Translations under genes and position numbers: made by a program | Assembly: GCF_947581915.1 (NCBI RefSeq) | Contig: NZ_CANPWG010000054.1 | Location: 15,672 to 79,671 of the forward strand | Direction: 5' to 3' | Origin: Candidatus Palauibacter scopulicola | Lineage (GTDB): Bacteria > Gemmatimonadota > Gemmatimonadetes > Palauibacterales > Palauibacteraceae | DNA length: 64,000 nt | Shown here: positions 51,973 through 61,298 of the stretch, piece after piece | Position numbering within the stretch: position 1 is the first letter of the stretch | Layout: each line of letters begins with the position of its first letter | Notes under the pieces: model-generated | The model's input: the letters and a program-made list of their open reading frames with translations, nothing else | Databases searched by the model: none | What the model was told of the DNA's origin: nothing

Positions 51973-53259
51973 TCAGCGCGTGTAGCAGGGGGTGGCGTTG
52001 GCGGCGGCCCACGGATGAACGATCCGGAGGGCGAGCCCGCCGGCGCCGTCGTCCTGCCACTGGACCTGCAACCCCTTGAGCGCTCGCTGGGCCCCGGCCT
52101 CCGCGTCGCCGAGGGGGGAGACCTCGTACGGACCCGCGATGGTCCCGGTCCGGGCCGAGAACAGGAAGTCGCGGAGCGCGCCGCGGTTGGGTCCGCCCGG
52201 CCCGGAGAGCGTCTGGTCGAGTCCTTCGGCCATGAGTTCCACGGCCGCGAAACCGCCCGCCGCGTGGTAGCCCGGTGTCGTGCCGTGCGCCGCCTGGTAG
52301 CGGCTGACGAAGGTGGCGTTGTCCGCGATGAACCCGGACGTCTCGAGGGCCGGGTGCCAGGGCGAGTTGCCGGCGACGCACCGCGCGGCCTGCCCTACGT
52401 CCTCGACGAAGTGCTGCTGACCCGGCCCGATGATCAGGCTCATGAGGACCGGCCTGTAGCCCACGACGGGCGCCGCGGTGGCGAAGCCGGCGGCGTCGGC
52501 CGTGTAGCCGCCGCCGATGAAGAGGTCCGCGCCGGCGTCCCGGGCCGCGGTGGCGATCGCCTCGTGGTCGGCGGCTCCCACCTCATAGGACTGGTCCAGC
52601 ACGATCTCCAGTCCGTGGCGGCGGACCGCTTCGCGCACGCCCTCGACCACCGATGCCGGAAACGAACTGTTTTCGTACACGATCGCCGCGGTCCGGGCCC
52701 CGCCGAACACGGCCACCTCGACGGAACCCTGCAGGTAGGCCGGTCCCGGCGTCAGCAACTGGACGCTCCATTGCCGCTGCCGCTCGGACCAGATCGAGGG
52801 CGCCGCCGCCATCGGCGCGACCATCGGCATGCCCGCGGCCTCGTTCACGGCCAGGACGGTTTCCGTGATCGGGCTGCTGTAGGGTCCCAGCAGGGCATGG
52901 ACCGTGCCGGAGGCGATGAGTTCCGCGTACAGGCGCGCGCTCGCCTGCGCGTCGCTCCCGTCATCGCGAATCTCCAGCTGCACCGGCCGGCCGCGGATGC
53001 CGCCCTTCTCGTTGAGGATCTCAACGGCGAGACGATACCCGCGCACGACTTCGATCCCCTCCACGCCGTGCCGCCCGGTCTCGGAGATGGCCGCCGCCAA
53101 CGTGATCGGCGTCCCATCCGAGCCCGGCTCCGGCCCCGTGGGGTCCGCCGGGTCGTCCACGCACCCGGCCGCGGCCAGGGCCAGTGTCAGGAAGCCTGCG
53201 GCCAGGCCGATCGTGCGACCGCCGCGATGTGCCCGATGTGTATCGCTCATGAGTCCCAT
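51973..53259 (-). CDS. ABC transporter substrate-binding lipoprotein (LivJ/PBP1-like), orphan
   Basis: The lipobox is LAAAGC, and it has the type-1 periplasmic binding layout (VQLEIRDDGSD...LLGPYSS). No permease or ATPase gene is adjacent. An alternative start is at 53250. Confidence 0.75.
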   Translation of the reverse strand: MGLMSDTHRAHRGGRTIGLAAGFLTLALAAAGCVDDPADPTGPEPGSDGTPITLAAAISETGRHGVEGIEVVRGYRLAVEILNEKGGIRGRPVQLEIRDDGSDAQASARLYAELIASGTVHALLGPYSSPITETVLAVNEAAGMPMVAPMAAAPSIWSERQRQWSVQLLTPGPAYLQGSVEVAVFGGARTAAIVYENSSFPASVVEGVREAVRRHGLEIVLDQSYEVGAADHEAIATAARDAGADLFIGGGYTADAAGFATAAPVVGYRPVLMSLIIGPGQQHFVEDVGQAARCVAGNSPWHPALETSGFIADNATFVSRYQAAHGTTPGYHAAGGFAAVELMAEGLDQTLSGPGGPNRGALRDFLFSARTGTIAGPYEVSPLGDAEAGAQRALKGLQVQWQDDGAGGLALRIVHPWAAANATPCYTR

Positions 53260-53291
53260 GAATATCGCCTCGAAACTTGAAGACAGTTCTG

Positions 53292-53981
53292 CTAGCGCAG
53301 CTCCACGTCGTCGCCGTCCAGGGTACGGATCCTCGCCACGAGCGCGGGCTCCGGCCCCTCGTCCACTTCGAGCGCCAGGTTCAGCGACTCGAGGGTGGAT
53401 CGTACCGCGGCGGGGTCCGGATGTTCGGCCCGGAACGAGATCAGCCGCCCGCCCGGCGGCGTCGCGCGGGCCGGGTGCGGCGTCGTTCCCCAGTCGATGA
53501 AGAAAGGTACGAGACCGTCGTGCAGGACGGCGGCGAAGGCCGTGATCTCCCAGCTCAGTTCGCTGCCGTCCGGCCGCAGCCGGGAGCCGGGCCGCACCGG
53601 GCCCAGCGGCACGCCCCGGCCCGAGGCCCGCGCGACGAGCGCCGCGAGGTCGGTCCCGCGGGCCGCCCACGTGACGAGCCTCGGCTCGGCGAGTCCCTCG
53701 ATCCCGAACGGGAGCGGCTCGTCCCGGGGCGGCGCTTCGGGGTCCGGACCGAGGATCTCGAGATAGATGTCGCCCCCGAGCGAGAGGAGGTGGTTCGCGG
53801 TGCCGAGGTTCCCGTGGCGGCCGCCGAACGGGGCTTCGACGCCGAGCCGCTCGGCCACCCACGCCACCCCTTCCTCGAGGTCGGCGGTGCCCAGCAGCAG
53901 ATGGTCGAGATTCGCGGGAACGGCGGGGGCGCCCGGCATACCGGGTGCGCCCCGAGGCGGTGTCGGCGGGAGCATGGCCAC
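53292..53981 (-). CDS. VOC/glyoxalase-like domain protein
   Basis: LDHLLLGTADLEEG...YLEILGPDP is the glyoxalase-like domain pattern. Size is 229 aa. Confidence 0.7.
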   Translation of the reverse strand: MAMLPPTPPRGAPGMPGAPAVPANLDHLLLGTADLEEGVAWVAERLGVEAPFGGRHGNLGTANHLLSLGGDIYLEILGPDPEAPPRDEPLPFGIEGLAEPRLVTWAARGTDLAALVARASGRGVPLGPVRPGSRLRPDGSELSWEITAFAAVLHDGLVPFFIDWGTTPHPARATPPGGRLISFRAEHPDPAAVRSTLESLNLALEVDEGPEPALVARIRTLDGDDVELR

Positions 53982-53986
53982 TTCCG

Positions 53987-54532
53987 TCAGCCTCCCTCGT
54001 CTTCGAGTTCGACGCCGAGCCCGTCGGCGATCCGGTTCACGAACGCATAGTAGGCGGTGACCGCGCAGATATCGTGGATCGCGCGGTCATCGAAGCCGTG
54101 CGCCTTCAATCCGTCGACCGCGGATCCGTGCTCGCCGCCCGGGTCGAGCGTCAACCGCGCGGCGTAGTCGAGCATCGCCCGGTCGGCCTCGTCCAGTTCG
54201 GCCGCCGCTTGGTCCGTTGCGAGGGCGGCGATGAGGCGTTCGTTCTCCTCGCTGGAACCGCCGGCGTTGGCCGCGTCGAGCAGACGACGGAGACCCTCTC
54301 CGTGATGGACAATTCAGTAGCGGCAGGCGTTGAGGCCCGACACGACGACCGCGATCATCTCCCGCTGGATCCGGGTCAGCGGCCCCGGTCCGTACATCAG
54401 TTCGCGGTAGAGGTCGTAGTGGAGCCGGATGACGCGGCTATGGACGCCGTGAATGCGGATGATGTTGTCATCGTCCGCGACGCGGTCCTCCTCGGGAATC
54501 CCCGCCGGATCCGGGTAGTCGATGAAGGCCAC
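53987..54532 (-). CDS. AhpD/carboxymuconolactone-decarboxylase family 'peroxidase-related' protein with an in-frame TGA (candidate selenocysteine; otherwise a pseudogene)
   Basis: A single frame joins ORFs 54314..54733 and 53987..54175: ...REMIAVVVSGLNACRY-TGA-IVHHGEGLRRLL...AYYAFVNRIADGLGVEL. The TGA at 54316..54314 replaces the second Cys of the family NxCxYCxxHH motif. The GTG start at 54532 lies 2 nt after the trpB stop. Confidence 0.6.
54287..54303 (-). promoter_or_regulatory. SECIS-like hairpin downstream of the in-frame UGA
   Basis: On the minus strand the sequence reads UGA-AUUGUCCAUC-ACGGAG-AGGGU-CUCCGU. This is a perfect 6-7 bp stem with a G-rich apical loop starting 16 nt after the UGA. 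Confidence 0.4.
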
Positions 54533-54534
54533 GG

Positions 54535-55797
54535 TCAGCGCCCGCCAGCGCCGGGTTCGAGGCCGGGTTCGCCACCCGCCGCCAGGATGCGGGCGACTTC
54601 CTCCACGTCCTTGTCGCCCCGGCCGCTGAGACAGATGACGACGCGGCTCCCCGCCCAGCGCGCGGCTTCCCGCCGCAGGCCCGCCAGCGCGTGGGCGCTC
54701 TCGAGCGCGGGGATCAGCCCCTCGAGCCGGCACAGGTCCGCGAAGGCCGCGAGGGCCTCCTCATCCGTCACCGATTCGTAGCGGACCTGTCCCGTCTCCT
54801 TGAGCCACGAGTGCTCCGGGCCGACGCCGGGGTAGTCGAGGCCGGCGGAGACGGAATGGGCGGGGATCACCTGCCCGTCTTCGTCCTGGAGCAGGTAGCT
54901 GTAGTTGCCGTGAAGCACCCCGGGCTCGCCCGCCGTGAGCGAGGCAGAGTGCCGGCCGGTCTCGACGCCGTGCCCCGCCGCCTCCACGCCGACGAGGGCG
55001 ACCCGCGCCTCCGCCGCGACCTCGCGGTTGCGCTCGATGAAGGGGGCGAAGATGCCGATCGCGTTGGAGCCGCCGCCCACGCAGGCGAACACGGCATCCG
55101 GCTCCACGGCATGGTCGGCGAGTTGCCGGACCGTCTCGTCGCCGATGACGCGCTGGAAGTCGCGTACGAGTTCGGGATAGGGCGCCGGGCCGACGACGGA
55201 GCCGATGATGTAGTGCGTCGTGTCCACGTTCGTGACCCAGTCGCGGATCGCCTCGTTCGTCGCGTCCTTCAGCGTCCGGCTCCCGCTGGAGACGGGGATG
55301 ACCTCGGCGGCCAGCATCTCCATGCGCTCGACGTTGAGCGCCTGCCGGCGCATGTCCTCCTCGCCCATGTAGACGGCGCACTCGAAGTCGAGCGCCGCGC
55401 AGGCGGTGGCCGTCGCCACGCCGTGCTGGCCCGCCCCGGTCTCGGCGATGATCCGGGCCTTGTTCATGCGCTTCGCGAGCAGCGACTGGCCGAGCGTGTT
55501 GTTGATCTTGTGGGCGCCCGTGTGGTTGAGGTCCTCGCGCTTCAGCCACAGGTCGAGCCCGAGATCCGCCCCGAGTCGCGGCGCCCGGTAGAGCGGCGTG
55601 GGCCGGCCCACGTAATGGGCGAGGCTGGCCTCGAGCGCCTCCAGGAAGGAGGGATCGTCGCGCGCCTCCGCCCAGGCCGCGGTGAGCTCGTCGAGCGCCG
55701 GGATCAGCGTCTCGGGCACGAACTGCCCGCCGAAATCGCCGAACCAGCCGGGGGCCGGGCTGCTCAGTTGGCGGCCGCTCATTTCGCGGCTGCTCAT
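54535..55797 (-). CDS. trpB: tryptophan synthase beta chain
   Basis: It has [20 protein letters not shown] (the PLP Lys), GAGQHG and GGGSNAIG. The ATG overlaps the trpF stop (ATGA). Confidence 0.9.
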   Translation of the reverse strand: MSSREMSGRQLSSPAPGWFGDFGGQFVPETLIPALDELTAAWAEARDDPSFLEALEASLAHYVGRPTPLYRAPRLGADLGLDLWLKREDLNHTGAHKINNTLGQSLLAKRMNKARIIAETGAGQHGVATATACAALDFECAVYMGEEDMRRQALNVERMEMLAAEVIPVSSGSRTLKDATNEAIRDWVTNVDTTHYIIGSVVGPAPYPELVRDFQRVIGDETVRQLADHAVEPDAVFACVGGGSNAIGIFAPFIERNREVAAEARVALVGVEAAGHGVETGRHSASLTAGEPGVLHGNYSYLLQDEDGQVIPAHSVSAGLDYPGVGPEHSWLKETGQVRYESVTDEEALAAFADLCRLEGLIPALESAHALAGLRREAARWAGSRVVICLSGRGDKDVEEVARILAAGGEPGLEPGAGGR

Positions 55798-56423
55798 TTT
55801 GCGGCCGCCAGGAATTCGAGGATGAGGTCGACCGACTTCTCCCCGGGGGCCCGCTCGACGCCCGACGAGACATCGACGATATCGGGACGCACGTCGCGGA
55901 TGGCGCGCGCCACGTTGTCCGCGTTCAGCCCACCCGCGAGCGCGAGCCGACACCCGTCCCGCTCCAGCCCCGCCAGCCACTCGTACGGGAAGGCCGTCCC
56001 GGTGCCTCCGGGTCCGCGCGGCGAGAACCCCTCCAGGAGGATCGCGTCCGCCGCCTCCCGGTACTCGTCCCACCCCCGGACCAGAGCGTCGCTCGACGTG
56101 GGCCGGAGACCCTTCCAGACATCCAGTCCCTCGTCCCGCAGGCGGTCGCAGACTTCGGGCGGCTCCGAGCCGGCGAGCTGGGCGATGTGGAACTCCGCGA
56201 TGTCCCGTTTGACGAGGATCTCCGCCGGGCCCGCGTCCACGAACACGCCCACGGCGCGCGTGCCGCCCTCGAGCGCCGCCACGACCCCGGCGGCTTCCCC
56301 GGCCGTGATTTCCCTCACCCGGCCCGCGAACACGACGCCCACGTAGTCCGCGCCGGCGCGGGACGTCACCGTGGCGTGTCCCGGCTCCCGGAGACCGCAG
56401 ATCTTCACTCTGACCCGGCTCAC
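55794..56423 (-). CDS. trpF: phosphoribosylanthranilate isomerase
   Basis: It has VKICGL and ADYVGVVF, with GGLNADNV and VDVSSGVE near the C-terminus. The GTG start overlaps the trpC stop. Confidence 0.85.
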   Translation of the reverse strand: MSRVRVKICGLREPGHATVTSRAGADYVGVVFAGRVREITAGEAAGVVAALEGGTRAVGVFVDAGPAEILVKRDIAEFHIAQLAGSEPPEVCDRLRDEGLDVWKGLRPTSSDALVRGWDEYREAADAILLEGFSPRGPGGTGTAFPYEWLAGLERDGCRLALAGGLNADNVARAIRDVRPDIVDVSSGVERAPGEKSVDLILEFLAAAK

Positions 56424-57271
56424 GGCGCGCCGTCGCTGTCGCCCGCCGCGTCGGCGCCCGCCGGCTGCATCCGGCCGCTCCGGGGCCGCTGCGGGTGGCC
56501 GACGAGCGCCTCGACGCCCGCCGCCGGGTCGCCCGCCATCAGCCAGCCGCCGACCAGCACCGCGTCCGCCCCCGCGGAGCCCGCCGCCGCCGCGTCCTCC
56601 GCGGACCGGATCCCGCTCTCCGCCACGGCCGCGACGTCGGCCGGAAGCTCCTCGATCAGGCGCAGCGAGCGCTCGAGATCCACCTCGAAGGTCGCGAGGT
56701 CCCGCGCGTTGACGCCGAGGATCCGGGCCCCGGCTTCGAGCGCCCGCGCCACCTCCTCCTCGTCGTGCGCCTCCACGAGCGCCCCGAGGCCGAGTTCGCC
56801 CGCGATTTCGAGCAGTTCACGCAACCGGGCGTCGCCGAGCGCGCGCACGATGAGCAGCACCGCATCCGCACCCGCGGCTCGCGCCTCGTACAACTGGACG
56901 GGATCCAGCGTGAAGTCCTTGCGGAGGACGGGCACTCCCACAGCGTCCTTCGCGGACCTCAGGTCGTCCAGCGAGCCGCCGAAGTAGCGCTCGTCCGTGA
57001 GGACCGAAATCGCGGCCGCCCCCGCGGAGGCGTACACGCTCGCCACGCCCGCGGCCTGGGCGTACGGGTTGATGTCGCCCGCGGAGGGAGAGCGCCGCTT
57101 GAACTCGGCGACGACGGAGACTTCCCCAGGCCGCCGCAGAGACGCCTCGAAGCCGCGGGGGGGCGGGGCTTCATCGGCCTGCCCGCGAATCGCGCTCCGG
57201 AACAACTGGAGCCGCGCGACCTCTTCCCGCTTCGCCGCGAGGATCTCTTCGAGAATCGTGTCGTGTGCCAT
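56420..57271 (-). CDS. trpC: indole-3-glycerol phosphate synthase
   Basis: It has [41 protein letters not shown] and VGVNARDL. Start at MAHDTIL (ATG 57271). Confidence 0.9.
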   Translation of the reverse strand: MAHDTILEEILAAKREEVARLQLFRSAIRGQADEAPPPRGFEASLRRPGEVSVVAEFKRRSPSAGDINPYAQAAGVASVYASAGAAAISVLTDERYFGGSLDDLRSAKDAVGVPVLRKDFTLDPVQLYEARAAGADAVLLIVRALGDARLRELLEIAGELGLGALVEAHDEEEVARALEAGARILGVNARDLATFEVDLERSLRLIEELPADVAAVAESGIRSAEDAAAAGSAGADAVLVGGWLMAGDPAAGVEALVGHPQRPRSGRMQPAGADAAGDSDGAP

Positions 57272-57345
57272 GGGCGCCAAGCTGCGACCGCCGCTATCCC
57301 GCCGCAAAACCCCGGCGGCCGCGCCGGTTCGGGTGGAAGGTTGCG

Positions 57346-57384
57346 CTTCGGTGCATGTTCGGGTAGATTTCGGTAACCGTTCGG
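57346..57384. promoter_or_regulatory. four NTTCGG motifs at exact 11-bp spacing in the trpC-lexA divergent spacer
   Basis: CTTCGG is at 57346, GTTCGG at 57357, TTTCGG at 57368 and GTTCGG at 57379. This reads as GTTC-N7-TTTC-N7-GTTC. A fifth, off-phase GTTCGG lies at 57327. Confidence 0.35.
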
Positions 57385-57441
57385 CCCGGCGCAAGAGACG
57401 GCGGGCCGCGCAGTGCGGAAGCGCGAGCGGAGCGAATAACG

Positions 57442-58050
57442 ATGGCGCTTACGAAGCGACAGCGCGAGATGCTGGATTTCCTCGAGGGCTTCATACGGTT
57501 CCGCGGGTATTCCCCGAGCTTCGAGGAGATCGCGGAGGAGTTCGGCTACCGCTCGCTCGCGACGGTGCACGAACATCTCCAGAACCTGCAGGCGAAGGGG
57601 TATATCCGAAAAAACTACAATGAAAGTCGGTCCGTCGAACTGGTGGAAGGAAAGCTCCAGGTCGCCGCGGTCGAGCTGCCGCTGTACGGCAACGTGGCGG
57701 CCGGCCAGCCGATAGAGGTCATCCAGGAGCAGGAGACGGTCTCCGTTCCCGAAGACATGATCGCGGGCTCACTGAGCGAGCACTATGTGCTCCGAGTGCG
57801 CGGCGATTCGATGATCGACGAACAGATCCGAGACGGCGACTACGTCATCGTCCAGTCGCGCGAGACCGCGCACAACGGCGAAATGGTGATCGCGCTCGTC
57901 GATGGCGAGAACGCCACCATGAAGAAGATCTACCTGGAGCAGGGCCGGATCCGGCTCCAGCCCGCAAACCCGGCGCTCACGCCGATCTACCTGCACCCCT
58001 CGCAGGTCACGATCCAGGGCGTCGTGATCGGAGTGATCCGGCGCTACTGA
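57442..58050 (+). CDS. lexA: LexA repressor
   Basis: It has the N-terminal wHTH (LTKRQREMLDFL...SFEEIAEEFGYRS), the cleavage-site region VAAGQP, and the S24 peptidase motifs GDSM and MKK. Confidence 0.9.
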   Translation: MALTKRQREMLDFLEGFIRFRGYSPSFEEIAEEFGYRSLATVHEHLQNLQAKGYIRKNYNESRSVELVEGKLQVAAVELPLYGNVAAGQPIEVIQEQETVSVPEDMIAGSLSEHYVLRVRGDSMIDEQIRDGDYVIVQSRETAHNGEMVIALVDGENATMKKIYLEQGRIRLQPANPALTPIYLHPSQVTIQGVVIGVIRRY

Positions 58051-58182
58051 CGACGGAGAAGAACCCTCACCGCAGTTGACGGAGGACCGCTCTCGACTCC
58101 CCGAGAGTTCCCGTCCCGACGGCCACCCACCTCCCACCAAAAACCGTCGGGGCGGAGGTTCCCGTCTCCGGAATCAACAAGC

Positions 58183-59346
58183 CTATTTGGTCCAGATCAC
58201 CACGGCGCCACAACGGGCGTCATAGCCGGAGAATTCCGCCGGGAGCACGGCCGCACCCGTGTACACCTCGAGCCCCTCGATCTCCGCCGGCAGGACGTAA
58301 TCGTTGATCGTCTCATTCTCCCTGGTCATGCGGCTCATGCGCAGGATCGCGGGGGGCACCTCCTCGGCGGCCCACCGCTCGTCGCTCCCTCGAATGACCA
58401 GGTTGCCGTCAACGAAGATGTTCAGCTTGCAGCCCTGGTTGCCGAAGCCCGCCGATGCCCTCGTGCCGTACAACTGGCAGCCGTGGGCCTGTACCCCGCA
58501 GTTGCCCAGCCGTACGCCCGGCACGTCCGCGATCATGTGCGAAATGCGAAGCGGGTTGCGGCGTTCGATGTCCTCGACGGTGAAGAACTCGCCGCCACCC
58601 GTGAGTTCCCCCCACTCTCTGCGTTCGTAGAACCCCGAGATCTCCAGACGCCGGGACCTCGTCGCGACTGCGACCAGAGGCGCCAGGACCACCGGGTCCG
58701 GAGACAAGCCGATCATGGCCTCGGTCGTGACGCCCCGCTCGACCGCCACCCGATGGACCAGGGGCGCGTAGCCGAGATGCCGCACCGACAGCTCGTGTTC
58801 GCCCACCGGCAGCGCGCTGAGCACAAAATACCCGCGGCTGTTGCTCTGAGCCGCCTCCGTCCGGCCCGGGACGGACACCGCGGCCGCAGCAACAGGCCGG
58901 TCGTTCCGCGCATCCCGAACCTGCCCGATGACCCGCCCCGTGGCCGTGGACCCGAACAAGAGGCGGAGTTGGACTGTAACTGCCGCTCCGGGCTCCACGG
59001 TCACTGCCATCTCCTCGCTCGACGCGTCGCCGAACTCGGCCCACAGGACGCCCTGTAGCGTGTTCGGCGGAACGCAGAGTACGAGCTGTCCGTCGGCGCC
59101 CACCGGCTCCCGCACCGGTCGCCGTTCCGCATCCGTCCAGCGCAACGCCACCGTCGCGCCCGGGATCGGCACCAGCCCCGAATCGTCGAGCACCTCAACC
59201 GCGAGCGACTCGCGGCCGCCACAGCCATCCTCCTGCAACGCGGCGAGGGATCCGCCGCCAGCTGTAACCGCAAACGCCAACATCCACGCAGCCAGCGAGC
59301 CCGCCCGCACCATCCGGCCAGCGTCGTTGCGCATCGGACCCTCCAC
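58183..59346 (-). CDS. carboxypeptidase-regulatory-like domain plus TonB-dependent-receptor plug-like domain protein (no barrel)
   Basis: It has GRVIGQVRDARNDRPVAAAAVSVPG...GYFVLSALPVGEHELSVRHLGY (CarbopepD_reg-like), followed by the plug-like FTVEDIERRNPLRISHMIADVPGV. An alternative ATG is at 59334. Confidence 0.65.
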   Translation of the reverse strand: MEGPMRNDAGRMVRAGSLAAWMLAFAVTAGGGSLAALQEDGCGGRESLAVEVLDDSGLVPIPGATVALRWTDAERRPVREPVGADGQLVLCVPPNTLQGVLWAEFGDASSEEMAVTVEPGAAVTVQLRLLFGSTATGRVIGQVRDARNDRPVAAAAVSVPGRTEAAQSNSRGYFVLSALPVGEHELSVRHLGYAPLVHRVAVERGVTTEAMIGLSPDPVVLAPLVAVATRSRRLEISGFYERREWGELTGGGEFFTVEDIERRNPLRISHMIADVPGVRLGNCGVQAHGCQLYGTRASAGFGNQGCKLNIFVDGNLVIRGSDERWAAEEVPPAILRMSRMTRENETINDYVLPAEIEGLEVYTGAAVLPAEFSGYDARCGAVVIWTK

Positions 59347-59471
59347 TTCAAACGCAGATCCGTGAAACCCGCACTTGAGTCAACTACCCGGAACAGGCCC
59401 CACTGATCCCGAGCAGACCTCCGTCGAGGCCACGAGCGAATCGACGGTGGCGGCACCCAACGGCATGGAGG

Positions 59472-60686
59472 TCAGCCCCCGGCCTCCCGCCGGTCTAACA
59501 CGATCTCGTAGCGTGCAACGTAGGGGATGTCGAGGGCATCCTTCTCCACGACCCAGGCCTCGGTCCGGTTGGCGTCCGACACCCTAGATGCGGCGGGGAG
59601 CCGAAACCGGCCGATGGTCGCGCCCGTGGGCTCCAAGACGAGCCAAGTCCGCTCTCCCGCTTCATCGGGCCCTGCGATCCAGACGGTGCCGTCGCTTCCC
59701 ATCTGAAGGTTGGTCACCGGGGGAAAGTACCGGACCCGCTCCAGGAACTCGCGCAGGGCATCCGCGAACTCCCGCCGGTCGGCGACGATGGGGAGATCCA
59801 GCGACTCCTCGATATCGCGATCGTAGTATCCGTTCGGCACGGGGAGCGGCTCATATGCGATGCGACGGTGGAACAGCGTGTCACCCTCTGAATCCACTCG
59901 CGTCACGCCGTACTCGGCCGGACCCGTACCTGTCCAACTCCGTCCTTGGACGATCACGGCACCCGAGCCATCGCGCGCGAATTGCCAAGTGTCGCCGCGA
60001 TCAAGAGGGTGGCGGCGGTGCAACACGCCGTCGTCCACCGCACCGGCGGTGATTGCGACGCGGACGGCCCGCCCGAGCGTTGCCAGCGTGCCGCGTACCC
60101 TCCCGGCGGTATCAAGCGCCACCAGCGGCATAGTCGTAAACGCCCCCCGCTCCGCTCCCGTGCCCGAGGGAATCCGGATGGCCGCCGCGCGCAGATCGAA
60201 CAACGGGACCAGGGGTTGAAACCCTGTCGTTCCATGCAGGTCCGACACATAGGCGTGGTACGGAATCGTCTCCGCTTCGCCGGATGCGACATCGAAGAAC
60301 GTGAACCGTCCCAGCCTCTGATCGCCGACCCAGATGGTCCCCGGTCCGCCCCAGCCGAGCATTGTCGGGGCCGTTAACTCGCCGGGGCCCACGCCCTGGC
60401 CGGCACCGAGGTCGCGGACGAACTCTCCACTCCGCGTGAACACTCGAATCTTGCCCTCCTGGGGCAGAATGACGTACACCCTATTCTCGCCGGCCAGCAC
60501 GTCGCCCACGGTCGAAAACCCGTAGATCGGATCGTCGGCGCTTCCGATCCTGACGGTCCTCCGCAGTGTCCACTCCGGCACCTCCCAGGGCGCTCCTTCC
60601 GGCACCGGAGCTGCGCAGGCGAGCGCCAGCGGAACGACGAGGATGCTTTTCAGAAACCGCTTGGCCACTCGCATACGCATGCCCAT
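59472..60686 (-). CDS. 6-bladed beta-propeller-type lipoprotein
   Basis: Start taken at MGMRMRVAKRF. The signal peptide ends in LALAC. NHL-like repeats are present (GKIRVFTRSGEFVRDLG...GPGELTAP). It is a paralogue of 8229..9338. Confidence 0.7.
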   Translation of the reverse strand: MGMRMRVAKRFLKSILVVPLALACAAPVPEGAPWEVPEWTLRRTVRIGSADDPIYGFSTVGDVLAGENRVYVILPQEGKIRVFTRSGEFVRDLGAGQGVGPGELTAPTMLGWGGPGTIWVGDQRLGRFTFFDVASGEAETIPYHAYVSDLHGTTGFQPLVPLFDLRAAAIRIPSGTGAERGAFTTMPLVALDTAGRVRGTLATLGRAVRVAITAGAVDDGVLHRRHPLDRGDTWQFARDGSGAVIVQGRSWTGTGPAEYGVTRVDSEGDTLFHRRIAYEPLPVPNGYYDRDIEESLDLPIVADRREFADALREFLERVRYFPPVTNLQMGSDGTVWIAGPDEAGERTWLVLEPTGATIGRFRLPAASRVSDANRTEAWVVEKDALDIPYVARYEIVLDRREAGG

Positions 60687-60696
60687 TCGTTGATTC

Positions 60697-61182
60697 CTAC
60701 AGCCGGAGGCGCGCCGTCGCATCCCGCGCTGCGCGCAAATCGTTGGGAGAATACCATTTTGCGATGATCCCGCCGTCGTAAGCCCGCCTCGGCCGCGCGT
60801 TGGGAGGCGGCACTGCAGAGACTTTCGTGGACGCGAACATCGCGGCGAGCGGCCTTGTTTCGCGGAGGTCATCGAAGTTGGGAGCCTCAGGCACCTCCGG
60901 TGCCAGCGAACGTCCGTCGAGTGAAAATATCAGCGCTCGTGCGATGTCAGCATCGCGATCCGTCACGAGGATCACCGGAACCCAGGGCCGTCTCAGTCCG
61001 AGATCCGCCAGCAGCTCCGTTCGTGCCCGCAGCGACCGGAGCCCACAGCCGACGATGATGCTGCTGGCACCGTTGTCGCCTGCGGTGAGTTCCCCCTCAC
61101 CGTCGACGACGTGAGCGGCGGCGCCGGCTGCCCGCCGTATGCGCTCGGCGTCGCTACGCGTATCCGCCAGAATCCAGATCAT
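60697..61182 (-). CDS. hypothetical protein
   Basis: 161-aa ORF. The N-terminal MIWILADTR...VPVILVTDRD is faintly receiver- or Rossmann-like. No confident family can be assigned. Confidence 0.45.
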   Translation of the reverse strand: MIWILADTRSDAERIRRAAGAAAHVVDGEGELTAGDNGASSIIVGCGLRSLRARTELLADLGLRRPWVPVILVTDRDADIARALIFSLDGRSLAPEVPEAPNFDDLRETRPLAAMFASTKVSAVPPPNARPRRAYDGGIIAKWYSPNDLRAARDATARLRL

Positions 61183-61298
61183 TCCACCCCCTCACCACTC
61201 GAAGTGATCGCACGGGGATACACATCCCCCTACTCCTAATAGGTTCCGAGTGGGCGAAACTTCGCTGTGCGGATTTTCCTCCGACGCTTCCGGCGGGG

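Noticed and set aside
58051-58182. Hairpins between the convergent lexA and plug-domain genes (CTCTCG-N6-CGAGAG near 58091; CCCGACGG-N21-CCGTCGGG), considered as intrinsic terminators.
   Set aside because: Neither has a proper U-tract on either strand. Stems are short or the loops very long. The evidence is not strong enough to call terminators.
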